Below, one piece after another: positions 19,180 to 28,254 of a stretch of DNA of 57,692 bases. A program made the position numbers and the translations under genes. The first letter of the stretch is position 1; every line of letters begins with the position of its first letter. Origin of the DNA: Planctomycetota bacterium (lineage in GTDB: Bacteria; Planctomycetota; Brocadiia; SM23-32); assembly GCA_021161675.1 (NCBI GenBank), contig JAGHAF010000034.1, positions 1 to 57,692 on the forward strand. The letters run 5' to 3'. The notes under the pieces were generated by a model. The model did no database searches. It worked only from the letters and a program-made list of their open reading frames with translations, and had not been told where the DNA came from.

Positions 19180-20148
19180 ATGGCGTTCTGGGCGGGGATA
19201 GACGAGGCCGGATATGGGCCGCTTCTGGGCCCGCTGGTGGTGGCCGGCTCAGCCTTTAGGCTGCGGGACAAGCCCGGGCTGGGCGTGATGTGGAACGTCT
19301 TGCAGGACGCCGTCTCCCCTCACGCCAGGGGCAGGGGCGGCAGGCTGGTTATAAACGACAGTAAACGGCTCTACACCCCTTCACGCGGCTTGAAGCTGCT
19401 GGAGGAGGGCGTGCTCGGCGCCCTGCAGGTCATGTCGGGGGGGCCGGTGGAAAGGGCTGCGGACCTGTTCTCTCTGCTGCGCGGGGAGGCTAAAGCGGGC
19501 GCTGAGCCGGCGCCCTGGTTCGCGGGAGCGGGGGAACTTGCGCTTCCGGTGGCGAGCAACCAGTCGGCGATCAGCAGCAAGGCGGACATCCTCGAGCGGG
19601 CCATGAGGACCTCCGGGACGGGGCTGTTGGCGATGCGCGCGTGCCTGGCGCTGCCGGCAGAGTTCAACCGCATCGTGGCCCGAACCGGGAATAAGTCGCT
19701 GCTACTGTTCCAGAAAACCGGGCTCATCATGCAGCATTTGTGGCGGCGGGCCGAGGATGGAGAATCCTACATGGCGATTGATCGGCACGGGGGGCGAAAG
19801 CGATACCGGCGCCTGCTCAAGGACGTATTCCCGGAGTGCGGGTGCGACGTGCTGCGGGAGGCGGACTCCCGCAGCGACTATCGCATCCACAACGAGGCGC
19901 GCGCGCTGGTGGTATCGTTCCTCAAGAGCGGAGACCAGCGTGCCCTGCCGGTTGCGCTGGGTTCTATGGTGGCGAAGTACGTGCGGGAACTCTACATGCT
20001 GGCCTTCAACCGCTACTGGTCTGATCGGGTCGAGGGACTCAAGCCGACCGCCGGATACGGTCGTGACGCACGGCGGTTCCTCAAGGACATCGGGCCCGCA
20101 TTGCGCCGGGCAAAGGTGGACGTCTCGCGGCTGGCGCGGGCGCTGTGA
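19180..20148 (+). CDS. rnhB: Ribonuclease HII-like protein (long form)
   Basis: AGIDEAGYGPLLGPLVV, DSKRL, IDRHGG and VALGSMVAKYVRE. GGAGG RBS before ATG 19180. Confidence 0.75.
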   Translation: MAFWAGIDEAGYGPLLGPLVVAGSAFRLRDKPGLGVMWNVLQDAVSPHARGRGGRLVINDSKRLYTPSRGLKLLEEGVLGALQVMSGGPVERAADLFSLLRGEAKAGAEPAPWFAGAGELALPVASNQSAISSKADILERAMRTSGTGLLAMRACLALPAEFNRIVARTGNKSLLLFQKTGLIMQHLWRRAEDGESYMAIDRHGGRKRYRRLLKDVFPECGCDVLREADSRSDYRIHNEARALVVSFLKSGDQRALPVALGSMVAKYVRELYMLAFNRYWSDRVEGLKPTAGYGRDARRFLKDIGPALRRAKVDVSRLARAL

Positions 20149-20155
20149 AGGCGGA

Positions 20156-20812
20156 TCAGAAGAGCGCCTGGGGGGGGCCTTCCTGGAGGGCGAGGATGAG
20201 CATCTTCAGGTCGTGCCACGCCTTCGCCTTCTGCCCCGGGGAGCGCAGCAGGTAGGCGGGGTGGTACGTCGGCAGCAGCGGGATGCCGCGGTAGGAGCGC
20301 CACCGTCCCCGCATGTCCCCCATGGACTGGCTTGTGCGCAGCATTGTCCTGGTGGCAGGCAGGCCGAGCGTGCAGATCATCTCCGGCTGGATGATCTCTA
20401 TCTGCCTCTCCAGGTACGGGGCGCAGGCTTCGGCCTCGTCGGCGAGGGGGTCGCGATTGCCAGGGGGGCGGCATTTCAGGATGTTCGTGATGTAAACTTC
20501 GTCCCGCTCCAGGCCCATGGCGTAGACCATGCGGTCCAGCAGTTTTCCGGCGCGACCCACGAAGGGGACGCCCTCCCGGTCTTCATCCGCCCCAGGGGCT
20601 TCCCCGACGAACATGAGGCGCGCGCGCAGGTCCCCACGCCCGAACACAGTCCGGGTGCGGGTCTCGTGGAGGCGGCACGTGGTGCATTTTTTGACCTCTT
20701 GCTCGACCCGCGCCAGCTTCGCCGCCCTTTCATCTCGCCTGCGGCGGGGAAGGGCGTCAACGCCCATCATCTTGTCCAACTCCAGCCGTCTGCGAAGCTG
20801 CCGCGAGTCCAT
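20156..20812 (-). CDS. Uracil-DNA glycosylase, family 4
   Basis: [31 protein letters not shown] and [17 protein letters not shown] before ATG 20812. Confidence 0.93.
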   Translation of the reverse strand: MDSRQLRRRLELDKMMGVDALPRRRRDERAAKLARVEQEVKKCTTCRLHETRTRTVFGRGDLRARLMFVGEAPGADEDREGVPFVGRAGKLLDRMVYAMGLERDEVYITNILKCRPPGNRDPLADEAEACAPYLERQIEIIQPEMICTLGLPATRTMLRTSQSMGDMRGRWRSYRGIPLLPTYHPAYLLRSPGQKAKAWHDLKMLILALQEGPPQALF

Positions 20813-20847
20813 AATTCCTCTCTCCGTTCTGAGCCGACTATCGTAGC

Positions 20848-21807
20848 TCAAGCCAGCTCGCTGAGCAACCGGAGGGCCGTCTCGAGCACGGCGTCCACTG
20901 TCGGCCAGCCGCCCTCGGCGCCGGGCACAGCGCACACTGCCGGGCCGTGGGGCATCCACACGCGTGGGTCCGTCGGGCCGAAAATCGCGACGGTCGGTGT
21001 TCCGAGCGCCGCCGCCATGTGGCTCATCCCGCTGTCGTTGCCGATGTAAAGAAGCGCTTGCTGCAGCAAGGCGGCCACCTGCAAGAGCGGCATTCCGGCC
21101 GCCCTTGTCACCCGACAGCCGGACGGCAGCCGGCGGCTCACCTCGCGGCATTGCTGAGTGTCCGCCGGCCCCTCGATGAGCGTCACGGGCCGCCGCAGAC
21201 GCGCGATAAGCCGCGCAAAGCGCTCCGGGGGCCAGCGCTTGCGCGCGCCGCCGCTGCCGGGATGGACGGCCACGGGGCAGGCGCCTTCCTCCGGTTCGTC
21301 GGACGCCGGGAGGCTGAGTCGCGCACAGGGCAGATCGCCGGCTCTTATTTCTCCGGCTGTGACGGCCCGGGCGAAGTGAACCGCCGCCGGCTCGGCGCCG
21401 GAGGGCCGGACGGGCCAGCCGATCACCGGGCCGGGGCACAGGCGCCGCGCCGCATCGAGAAGCGGGTCGCTCGCCCCCGAGGTGTAGATGACGGCGGCGT
21501 CCGCCTGGCTGAACACGCCGGCCGGATCGAGCTGGGCGCCTTTGCGAAACAGTGGCGTCATCGAGGGCGAATCGGAGTTGATCACCCGGACGGGGATGTC
21601 GAGCATGGGCTGGAGCCGCTCGGCCCAGGCGGAGCCCAATAGAGTCAAAGCGAGCTCGGGCAGGCTGTCGTGGATCAATTGCAGCGTCGGCGCGACGAGC
21701 AAGGTGTCCCCGAGCCCGCCGGCGCGGACGACGGTCAGGGCGGGGCGCGCTTTGCCCTGGAGTGCGCCGGCTAATTGATCTCGCAGTGCCAACACGTTTG
21801 CGCCCAT
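20848..21807 (-). CDS. Glycosyltransferase family 9 (heptosyltransferase-like)
   Basis: GGLGDTLL, HPGSGG..KRWP, YIGNDSGMSHMAAALG and IFGPTDP. Confidence 0.92.
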   Translation of the reverse strand: MGANVLALRDQLAGALQGKARPALTVVRAGGLGDTLLVAPTLQLIHDSLPELALTLLGSAWAERLQPMLDIPVRVINSDSPSMTPLFRKGAQLDPAGVFSQADAAVIYTSGASDPLLDAARRLCPGPVIGWPVRPSGAEPAAVHFARAVTAGEIRAGDLPCARLSLPASDEPEEGACPVAVHPGSGGARKRWPPERFARLIARLRRPVTLIEGPADTQQCREVSRRLPSGCRVTRAAGMPLLQVAALLQQALLYIGNDSGMSHMAAALGTPTVAIFGPTDPRVWMPHGPAVCAVPGAEGGWPTVDAVLETALRLLSELA

Positions 21808-22583
21808 TACTTCGTCGGTTTCTTCGCCACTTTTCTTCCCGCGGGGGTGAACACAAGGCGGATCAGCGTAAGGACGGCGCCGATGATTTCCCGCAGTGAC
21901 ATCTTTGAGGCGCCGCCCCGGCGATCGGCGAACGTGATGGGGACTTCGGCTATGCGCAGCCCGCGCCCGCAGCAGAACCAGAGCATCTCTTCCTGGAAGG
22001 AGTAGCCGGTGGAGACGATGTTGTCCAGGGCTGTCTGCTCGAGCGCGGAGCGGCGGAAGCAGCGGAAGGCGCCGGTGCAGTCGGCCGGCTTCAGTCGGAG
22101 AGCGCTGCGGGCCACCAGGTTCGAGATGGAGCTGAGCGCCAGCCGATGGAAGGGCCAGTCCGCGTGCCCGCCGCCGGGGCAGTATCGGGAGCCGATCACC
22201 ACGTCGCTGGCGAGGCTGGCCTCCAGCATGGCGGGTATGCGGCCGGGGGGGTGGGAGAAATCGGCGTCCATGGTGATGATGCGCTCGTAGTCGCGCTCCA
22301 GCGCCCAGCGATAGCCGGCGAGGTGCGCCGTGCCGAGCCCGAGTTTGCCTCGGCGCCGCAGCAGATGTATGCGGGGCTCGTCCGCCTTCAAGCGGGCGAC
22401 AGTTCGAGCGGTGCCGTCGGGGGAGTTGTCGTCCACCACCAGGGCTTCTATCGCTGCGCCTTGTGCGAGTATATCCCGCAGCAGAGGCTCGATGTTCTCA
22501 CGCTCGTTATAGGTGGGCACGATGACCAGAGTCTTGAGTTCCTTGTATCCGCCCAGCCTTTTGGCGTTGGTTTTGCCGTTCAA
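21807..22583 (-). CDS. Polyprenol-phosphate mannose synthase-like GT2
   Basis: IVPTYNE, VVDDNSPDGT, KLGLGTA, MDADFSH and F.DR.GG.SKM. Start uncertain. Confidence 0.9.
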   Translation of the reverse strand: MNGKTNAKRLGGYKELKTLVIVPTYNERENIEPLLRDILAQGAAIEALVVDDNSPDGTARTVARLKADEPRIHLLRRRGKLGLGTAHLAGYRWALERDYERIITMDADFSHPPGRIPAMLEASLASDVVIGSRYCPGGGHADWPFHRLALSSISNLVARSALRLKPADCTGAFRCFRRSALEQTALDNIVSTGYSFQEEMLWFCCGRGLRIAEVPITFADRRGGASKMSLREIIGAVLTLIRLVFTPAGRKVAKKPTK

Positions 22584-22637
22584 TTCATCCTTCTGCCTTC
22601 ATCCTTCATACTCGGCGCCTTCGGCGCCCCCGGCCGC

Positions 22638-24353
22638 TCAGCCCAGCCGGACGGCCCGCCCGGGGATATCCTGCATGGTCACCTTGCCGTGAGAGATTTG
22701 CATTTGCTTATCTGCGTAAGGAAGTTCCTCGGGATAGTGAGTGATGGTCAGAACGGTGCGGTCGTGTATCAGCTCGTGCAGTCCCTCGGTGACCTGCTTG
22801 CGGGCCTCGGGGTCCAAAGACACCAGTGGTTCATCCATGATCAGTATCTTCGGGTTCTTCAGTATGGCCCGGGCGACCATGAGGCGGCGTTTCTGGCCGG
22901 CGGAGAGCTGAATGCCCCCGCTTCCGACCTGAGTCATGTATCCATCCGGCAGATGCAGTATGAACTCCTCGGCGTAGGCCCTGCGGGCCGCTTCCATGAC
23001 CTGCTCTGTGCTCGCCTGTGGCCAGGCGTACCGGATGTTGGCTATTACGGTGTCGTTGAACAGGAAGCAGTCCTGGAAGACGAATCCGATCTGGCGGCGC
23101 AGCGACGCCAGGGTGAAGTCCTCGATGTCAATACCGTCAATGAGGATGCGGCCCTCCTGTGGCTCGTGGAAGCGGGGTATCAGGTTGACGCACGAGCTCT
23201 TGCCGGCGCCGCTGGGTCCCGTCACAAGGACGTGTTCGTTGGGCTCTATGGTAAACGATACGGAAGAGAGCAGCCTCTCGTCGTGGTAGCCGAAGGTGAC
23301 GTTGCGGAACTCGATCTTCCCCCGACTTATCTCCGCAGGGATCGCATCCGGTTTCTCCTGCACGCCCGGTTTGATGGCCATTATCTCATCAACCCTGTCC
23401 AGGCAGGTGGCCACTTTGGTGAACTTGCCGGCCTGGGTGACCACGTTCAGCAGGCGCGGATAGACCAGCCCCACCAGGCCGTAGAATGCTATGAACTGCC
23501 CGGCCGTCAGGTCCCTATAAAGCACGAGGAAGCCGCCAACACTGAGCACGATGATGCCGCCGACTCCGATAAGCATGTCTGCGGCGATCTTCTGGAGGGC
23601 GTAGTACTTGCTGTGCTTGATCTGGGCCTTCATGCTCTTTTGCATGGAATCATTGATTTTCTCCTGTTCCAGTAGCTGGGTGGCAGCCGCTTTGACAGTG
23701 GCCACGCTGCTGGCGTCGAACTGGGTCACCAGGTTTCCGCTTACGTCCGCCATGCGCTCGCTGACCTCTCGCGCATAGACTGCAATCGGTTTGCGGAAGA
23801 AGTAGTAGACCAGAACGTGCAGCGGCATGACGGCCAGCGTAACCAGGGCCAGCAACCAGTTGAGGCGGAACATCATCCCGGCGCCCACCACGAGCATCAG
23901 CAGGTTGATCGTGAGCTTGGAGAGTTCTTCCTGGATGAACAGTTTCAGTCCTTGCACGTCCCGCATCACGCGGGAAGATATCTTGCCGGGGTTGCTGCGC
24001 TGGTAGAAGTCCACTGACAGGGTGTGCAGGTGGCGCACGAGTTTCTGGCGCACCTGAAAGGCGACATTCTCCCCGATGGCGGTCATCCTGGGCCTGGAGA
24101 GGTAGTAGAGGCCGTTGCGCGACACATAGATGGCTAAGACGACTACCAGCACCTTCGCCAGCAGGACCATCCGCTGCCCGGGGGGGGAGTCGCCTTTGAA
24201 TACGTGATCCACCACGTAGCCGATCACCTGGGGCATGGCCAGCTCCAGGAAGGCGAGCAGGACAAAGCAGAACAGCACGGCCCCCAGAACGCGCGCATGC
24301 GGCTTGAGCAGGGACAACATGCGGAGCAGCGAATTGGATTGAGAGCGTTTCAT
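22638..24353 (-). CDS. ABC exporter, fused TMD-NBD (MsbA/MdlB-like)
   Basis: N-terminal TM domain, Walker A GPSGAGKS, signature LSAGQ and Walker B ILIMDE. Confidence 0.92.
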   Translation of the reverse strand: MKRSQSNSLLRMLSLLKPHARVLGAVLFCFVLLAFLELAMPQVIGYVVDHVFKGDSPPGQRMVLLAKVLVVVLAIYVSRNGLYYLSRPRMTAIGENVAFQVRQKLVRHLHTLSVDFYQRSNPGKISSRVMRDVQGLKLFIQEELSKLTINLLMLVVGAGMMFRLNWLLALVTLAVMPLHVLVYYFFRKPIAVYAREVSERMADVSGNLVTQFDASSVATVKAAATQLLEQEKINDSMQKSMKAQIKHSKYYALQKIAADMLIGVGGIIVLSVGGFLVLYRDLTAGQFIAFYGLVGLVYPRLLNVVTQAGKFTKVATCLDRVDEIMAIKPGVQEKPDAIPAEISRGKIEFRNVTFGYHDERLLSSVSFTIEPNEHVLVTGPSGAGKSSCVNLIPRFHEPQEGRILIDGIDIEDFTLASLRRQIGFVFQDCFLFNDTVIANIRYAWPQASTEQVMEAARRAYAEEFILHLPDGYMTQVGSGGIQLSAGQKRRLMVARAILKNPKILIMDEPLVSLDPEARKQVTEGLHELIHDRTVLTITHYPEELPYADKQMQISHGKVTMQDIPGRAVRLG

Positions 24354-24376
24354 CTTCTACTTCTACCGCACGAGTC

Positions 24377-24775
24377 TCATGGAGCCATTCTGCCTTTATC
24401 ACTTGGGCCCACCAGGCCGGCGGGGCCGGCGGCCATTCCCTTGAATCTTACTTTATCCTCGTTGAGCAGCACGGCCGCGCCGTCCGCGTAGTACCAACTC
24501 TCCATGTGTTGGTCGGTTCCGTCCCGGACGATCATCTCAGGTTCGCCCAGCAGGTCCCTGACCTGGTCGGCCGGCATGCCGATTGTGACCTTTGAGAAGG
24601 CGTTGGATTGCAGGTGGCGGCCCTGCGCCTGAGGGGAAGAGGCGACACATCCCACAAACAGCGCCAGGGCGGCGAAAGCGGCAAGTATGAAGTGTGGATT
24701 ATGAGGGATGAAGGTAAAATGAGGGCTTCCATCCAGACTTCTGTCGTTGGATTTGAAATTCATCCTTCTGGTCAC
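24377..24775 (-). CDS. SmpA/OmlA (BamE)-like lipoprotein
   Basis: Lipobox-like FVGC and KVTIGMPADQVRDLLGEP...ESWYY. GTGA overlap with the secretin stop. Confidence 0.75.
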   Translation of the reverse strand: MTRRMNFKSNDRSLDGSPHFTFIPHNPHFILAAFAALALFVGCVASSPQAQGRHLQSNAFSKVTIGMPADQVRDLLGEPEMIVRDGTDQHMESWYYADGAAVLLNEDKVRFKGMAAGPAGLVGPSDKGRMAP

Positions 24776-26880
24776 TTGCTTTCCAGTTCTGACAGCGCGC
24801 CTTCGACTATGCGGGAGGCGGCGTCGAGCTTCTGTTCGAGCGCAGGATAGTAGTAATCGCTCTTGTAGAAGAGCTCGGCGACGCTGTGATCTACCAGGAA
24901 CATCCTGTCACTGGCCGCTCCAAGTTCCGGGATGATAATTCGCCGCCCGACGCGGAAGTTGCTCAAGGTCATCTGGGTTTCAAAATCATTCACTTTTGCT
25001 ATCTCACGCAGTATAACGGCGCTCTTGAGTCGCACCAGGTCGGCCTCGTCCTGGATGGCCAGTCCAAACTGATGGTAGCTGTAGTCGTCGTGGAACCGGT
25101 TTATCTCCAGGAGCCGCTCCTGGACGGCCCTGTCGTCCTTGTTCTGGAGGGTTACCCATTCCATTTCGGCCACCGGAGTCTGCAAGGCGGCGACGGGGCT
25201 TTGCGCTTCGGGCTTGTCGAAACGGAGGATGAGAATGTCCTTCGGATAGGGCCTGTCGAAGTAGCCCTGCAATGTGCCGTCGGGGCTGGCTTTCTCCAGG
25301 ACCCCTTTGCCCTTGTGCACAAGGAAGCCGATCCTGAAGCCTGCCGGCTTGCTGGGGTCTCTCTGGAAGAACAAGAGGTTTTCCGTGGCAATCTGCTTGT
25401 AGAGTTCCAGGTGGTCCCGCACGATCTCAAAGAGCATCCTGACCACCACCGCGTCCTCGCCGGGTATGCGGCCGACGGCCAGCCTGCTGAAGGGCTCCTT
25501 GTGCGCATATTCGGGATGCTGATGCACGAAGCGGCGTGTGCTCGCTATGATGTCTTGCACCGCGGGGTTGTTCTCCAGGAAGCCGAGGTCCAGGATGTCC
25601 TCCGCCTTCAAGCGATAGGAATTGCGGAACAGGCGGTTGTCCAGGAAGTCAAATCTGTCGCTGTCCTTGGGCAGGAGGGCCCTGTGGGTTCCCTGCGGCT
25701 CTATGACCCGGGGGGTGAGCACGATGATGACTTCGCGTTTCTCTCGATGGTCGGAGCGGAGCTTGAAAAGAGCGCCCAGGATGGGGATCTGACCCAGCAA
25801 GGGGATTCTATCTTGCATCTGCGATTTTTCGTTGCGGATCAGTCCGCCGATTATGAATGGCGTCTGGTCATGCACGCGCGCAATGGTCTGGACCACGCGG
25901 CGGTTAATCTGCGGGGCGAGTGGCTGGTTATCGACCATGATCCAGTCCGCTTCCGGGGCTTCGCTGACCTCCACCAGGATCTGAAGCGCCACGGTTGAGC
26001 TATCCTCGCTGATCCTGGGCTTGATGTTGAGGGTTATCCCCACGGTCTCGAACCTTACCTTGACGTTTTTTACGTTCTCCCAGAGGATGGTGTCGAATAT
26101 GGGGACGTCGCGCACGACCTTTATCTGGGCGTTCTGGTTGTTAATGACCAGTACGGACGGGCTGGAGAGGACTTCTCCCTTGCCTTCCTGAATGATCGCT
26201 TCCAGGCTGGCCCGCACCCGATGGGCCAGTCCCTCCGGCGTAGCGAGACCTTCCGGATTCTGGTAAAGCATAAACGGAATATAGTCGCCGCGGGACCAGC
26301 CGGAAGGCCTGGTGAACTTGCCCCATTCCCAGTCGTTGCCATATATTTCCCACTCGGCGCCGAGCGATTTGAAGTTATCCTCAGTCAGCTCGATGAGCAT
26401 CCCTTCTATGAGAACCTGTTTTCCCGGCACGTCCAGGGTGTCCTGGAGCAACTCTTTCAGCTCCGCAACGCGGGCGGTCTGGCTCTTGTGGTAGAGGATC
26501 ATCAGCCTGTCCTGCGGGGCGGTGATGGTCGAGTTCTCCAGCTTCTGCTTCCCCGCGTCCCCCCCGACCACGCTGCCGGTGCGCCCCACCGGCAGGGGGA
26601 AGATGGCGGGCAGCGCGTCCATCTTCGCCTTGCCGCCCGGCGGCTTGGTGTTATAGCCGAGCTCCTTGAGGCTCTTCATGCAGCTTTCCACGTCAATGTA
26701 GCTCAACTGGTAGGTCTCATGGGAGAGTTCGCTGAAGCTGAAAGGGCCTGCGTTCTCCGCCATGCGTTCAACTGGCCTGGGGGCAGCGGCCCCGGGCGCC
26801 TCAGCGGCGAACGCGCGCGGGGGCGCCGAAAGAAGAATACACAGGAGCAAAAGCGCCAATCCTGTCTTCGCCTGTTTCAT
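24772..26880 (-). CDS. Secretin (type II/III family) with a long C-terminal extension
   Basis: Signal peptide; QVLIEGMLIE, VLSSPSVLV.NNQNAQI, VGITLNIKPRI, IIGGLI, IPLLGQIPILGALFK and VIIVLTPRVI, followed by ~310 further residues. Confidence 0.9.
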   Translation of the reverse strand: MKQAKTGLALLLLCILLSAPPRAFAAEAPGAAAPRPVERMAENAGPFSFSELSHETYQLSYIDVESCMKSLKELGYNTKPPGGKAKMDALPAIFPLPVGRTGSVVGGDAGKQKLENSTITAPQDRLMILYHKSQTARVAELKELLQDTLDVPGKQVLIEGMLIELTEDNFKSLGAEWEIYGNDWEWGKFTRPSGWSRGDYIPFMLYQNPEGLATPEGLAHRVRASLEAIIQEGKGEVLSSPSVLVINNQNAQIKVVRDVPIFDTILWENVKNVKVRFETVGITLNIKPRISEDSSTVALQILVEVSEAPEADWIMVDNQPLAPQINRRVVQTIARVHDQTPFIIGGLIRNEKSQMQDRIPLLGQIPILGALFKLRSDHREKREVIIVLTPRVIEPQGTHRALLPKDSDRFDFLDNRLFRNSYRLKAEDILDLGFLENNPAVQDIIASTRRFVHQHPEYAHKEPFSRLAVGRIPGEDAVVVRMLFEIVRDHLELYKQIATENLLFFQRDPSKPAGFRIGFLVHKGKGVLEKASPDGTLQGYFDRPYPKDILILRFDKPEAQSPVAALQTPVAEMEWVTLQNKDDRAVQERLLEINRFHDDYSYHQFGLAIQDEADLVRLKSAVILREIAKVNDFETQMTLSNFRVGRRIIIPELGAASDRMFLVDHSVAELFYKSDYYYPALEQKLDAASRIVEGALSELESK

Positions 26881-26906
26881 ACTTGGAGCCCTCAGTGGTT
26901 TACGGG

Positions 26907-27521
26907 CTAATCGACTTTTCCAGCCAGTTCGTTGCGCGATTGGACGATTCGGTTCACCAGGCCGTATGCCAGCGCTTCCCCTGCGTCCATCCAGTAATTG
27001 CGCCTGGTGTCCTGATCCACTTTCTCAGTGTCCTGGCCGGTCTCCCGGGATATGAGTCCGTTTATGCTTTCACGGATCTTCAGTATCTGATTGGCCTCTA
27101 TCTCAACGTCGGTGGTTGAGCCATGCACGCCTGCGGAGGGCTGGTGCAGCAGGAACCTGGAGTTCGGCAGGCTGAGCCGGTCCTCTTTCTTCGCCGCCAG
27201 CAGGACTATGACGGCGGCGCTGGCGGTCAGGCCCGTGCAGATGCAACGCACCGGGGACGATATGAAGCGTATCATGTCGTAGATAGCGAAGCCCGCGTCC
27301 ACGCTTCCGCCCGGCGAATTGATGTAGAGATCAATGGGCGAGTCCGGATCTTCCCCGTCCAGCAGAAGCAACTTGGTGGTTATGTCCTCGGCCAATTGCG
27401 GAGAGATCGTTTCAGTCAGCAGAATCGTCCGGGATTCCAACAGCTTCTCCGCCAGGGGCTTACGCTCCAGGCCTTCTTCCTCAGACGACTCCACCTCGTT
27501 TTTGGGGACTGACTTATTCAT
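26907..27521 (-). CDS. clpP: ATP-dependent Clp protease proteolytic subunit
   Basis: YINSPGGSV, GLTASAA and LLHQP. AGGAG RBS before ATG 27521. Confidence 0.92.
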   Translation of the reverse strand: MNKSVPKNEVESSEEEGLERKPLAEKLLESRTILLTETISPQLAEDITTKLLLLDGEDPDSPIDLYINSPGGSVDAGFAIYDMIRFISSPVRCICTGLTASAAVIVLLAAKKEDRLSLPNSRFLLHQPSAGVHGSTTDVEIEANQILKIRESINGLISRETGQDTEKVDQDTRRNYWMDAGEALAYGLVNRIVQSRNELAGKVD

Positions 27522-27643
27522 CAGGGCTCCTATCAGGAATGTTTGGCGCACGCACAATCATTTTAGCCAATGGCGAGCGGTATTTCAAAAATCGTTCTCA
27601 GCGAACCCGACATGCTGGCGAAATAATCCCGGGCCTGCGCCGC

Positions 27644-28225
27644 TTATAATTTGCCATCCATAGGCCTGCCTCGCCTTTGGGGGGGCGCCGTAGCGCTGCG
27701 CTTCAGCGAGCCGGCGCCTTGTGCCTTTCCCCGTTCGCCACGCTTCAGGACGGGGAACAGCAAGGGCACAAGCGCCAGCGTGAATACCGATTGCCCGGCG
27801 GCCTGCCGAAGAAGAAAGCGCAGGGAAGGGGCGCCCGTAAGCAGCAGCAGGGCGTTCTCCCCGAGGCTGAAGGAGACGATAAGCAACGCCGCTATCGCGA
27901 GGCGAACGCCCCACGAGCCGCGGATGCTCTCTCTCAACATAACCGCGCCGGCCACGACGGGGCAGAGCAGCAGTGAGCTGACGCCCAGAGGGCCCCCCGA
28001 ACCCAGGTCTCGCAACGCGCCCAGGACGAAGGCCCCGACCAGGGCCGCCTTGAAATCAGTCTCCAGTGCGAAAAAGGCCGCGACCAGGAGCAACAAGTCC
28101 GGCCGCAAGGATCGGCAGCTGAAGCGCGGCACAACGCTGACCTGCAGCAGGAAGGCGCCGATGACGCATAGAGCTAACCCGCTTGTTCTTCGAGCGTTTC
28201 TCGGCTTTGCCCGCTCTGCGTTCAT
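27644..28225 (-). CDS. mreD: Rod shape-determining protein MreD-like
   Basis: RPDLLLL, AFVLGALRDLGSGGPLG and multiple TM helices. Confidence 0.75.
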   Translation of the reverse strand: MNAERAKPRNARRTSGLALCVIGAFLLQVSVVPRFSCRSLRPDLLLLVAAFFALETDFKAALVGAFVLGALRDLGSGGPLGVSSLLLCPVVAGAVMLRESIRGSWGVRLAIAALLIVSFSLGENALLLLTGAPSLRFLLRQAAGQSVFTLALVPLLFPVLKRGERGKAQGAGSLKRSATAPPQRRGRPMDGKL

Positions 28226-28254
28226 CCTTTTGGTTTTTCATCGGCCGCCCGCTC

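Noticed and set aside
20156-21856. Apparent 566-aa extended UDG
   Set aside because: The N-terminal 348 aa is an alternative frame over the GT9 gene; the real start with RBS is ATG 20812.
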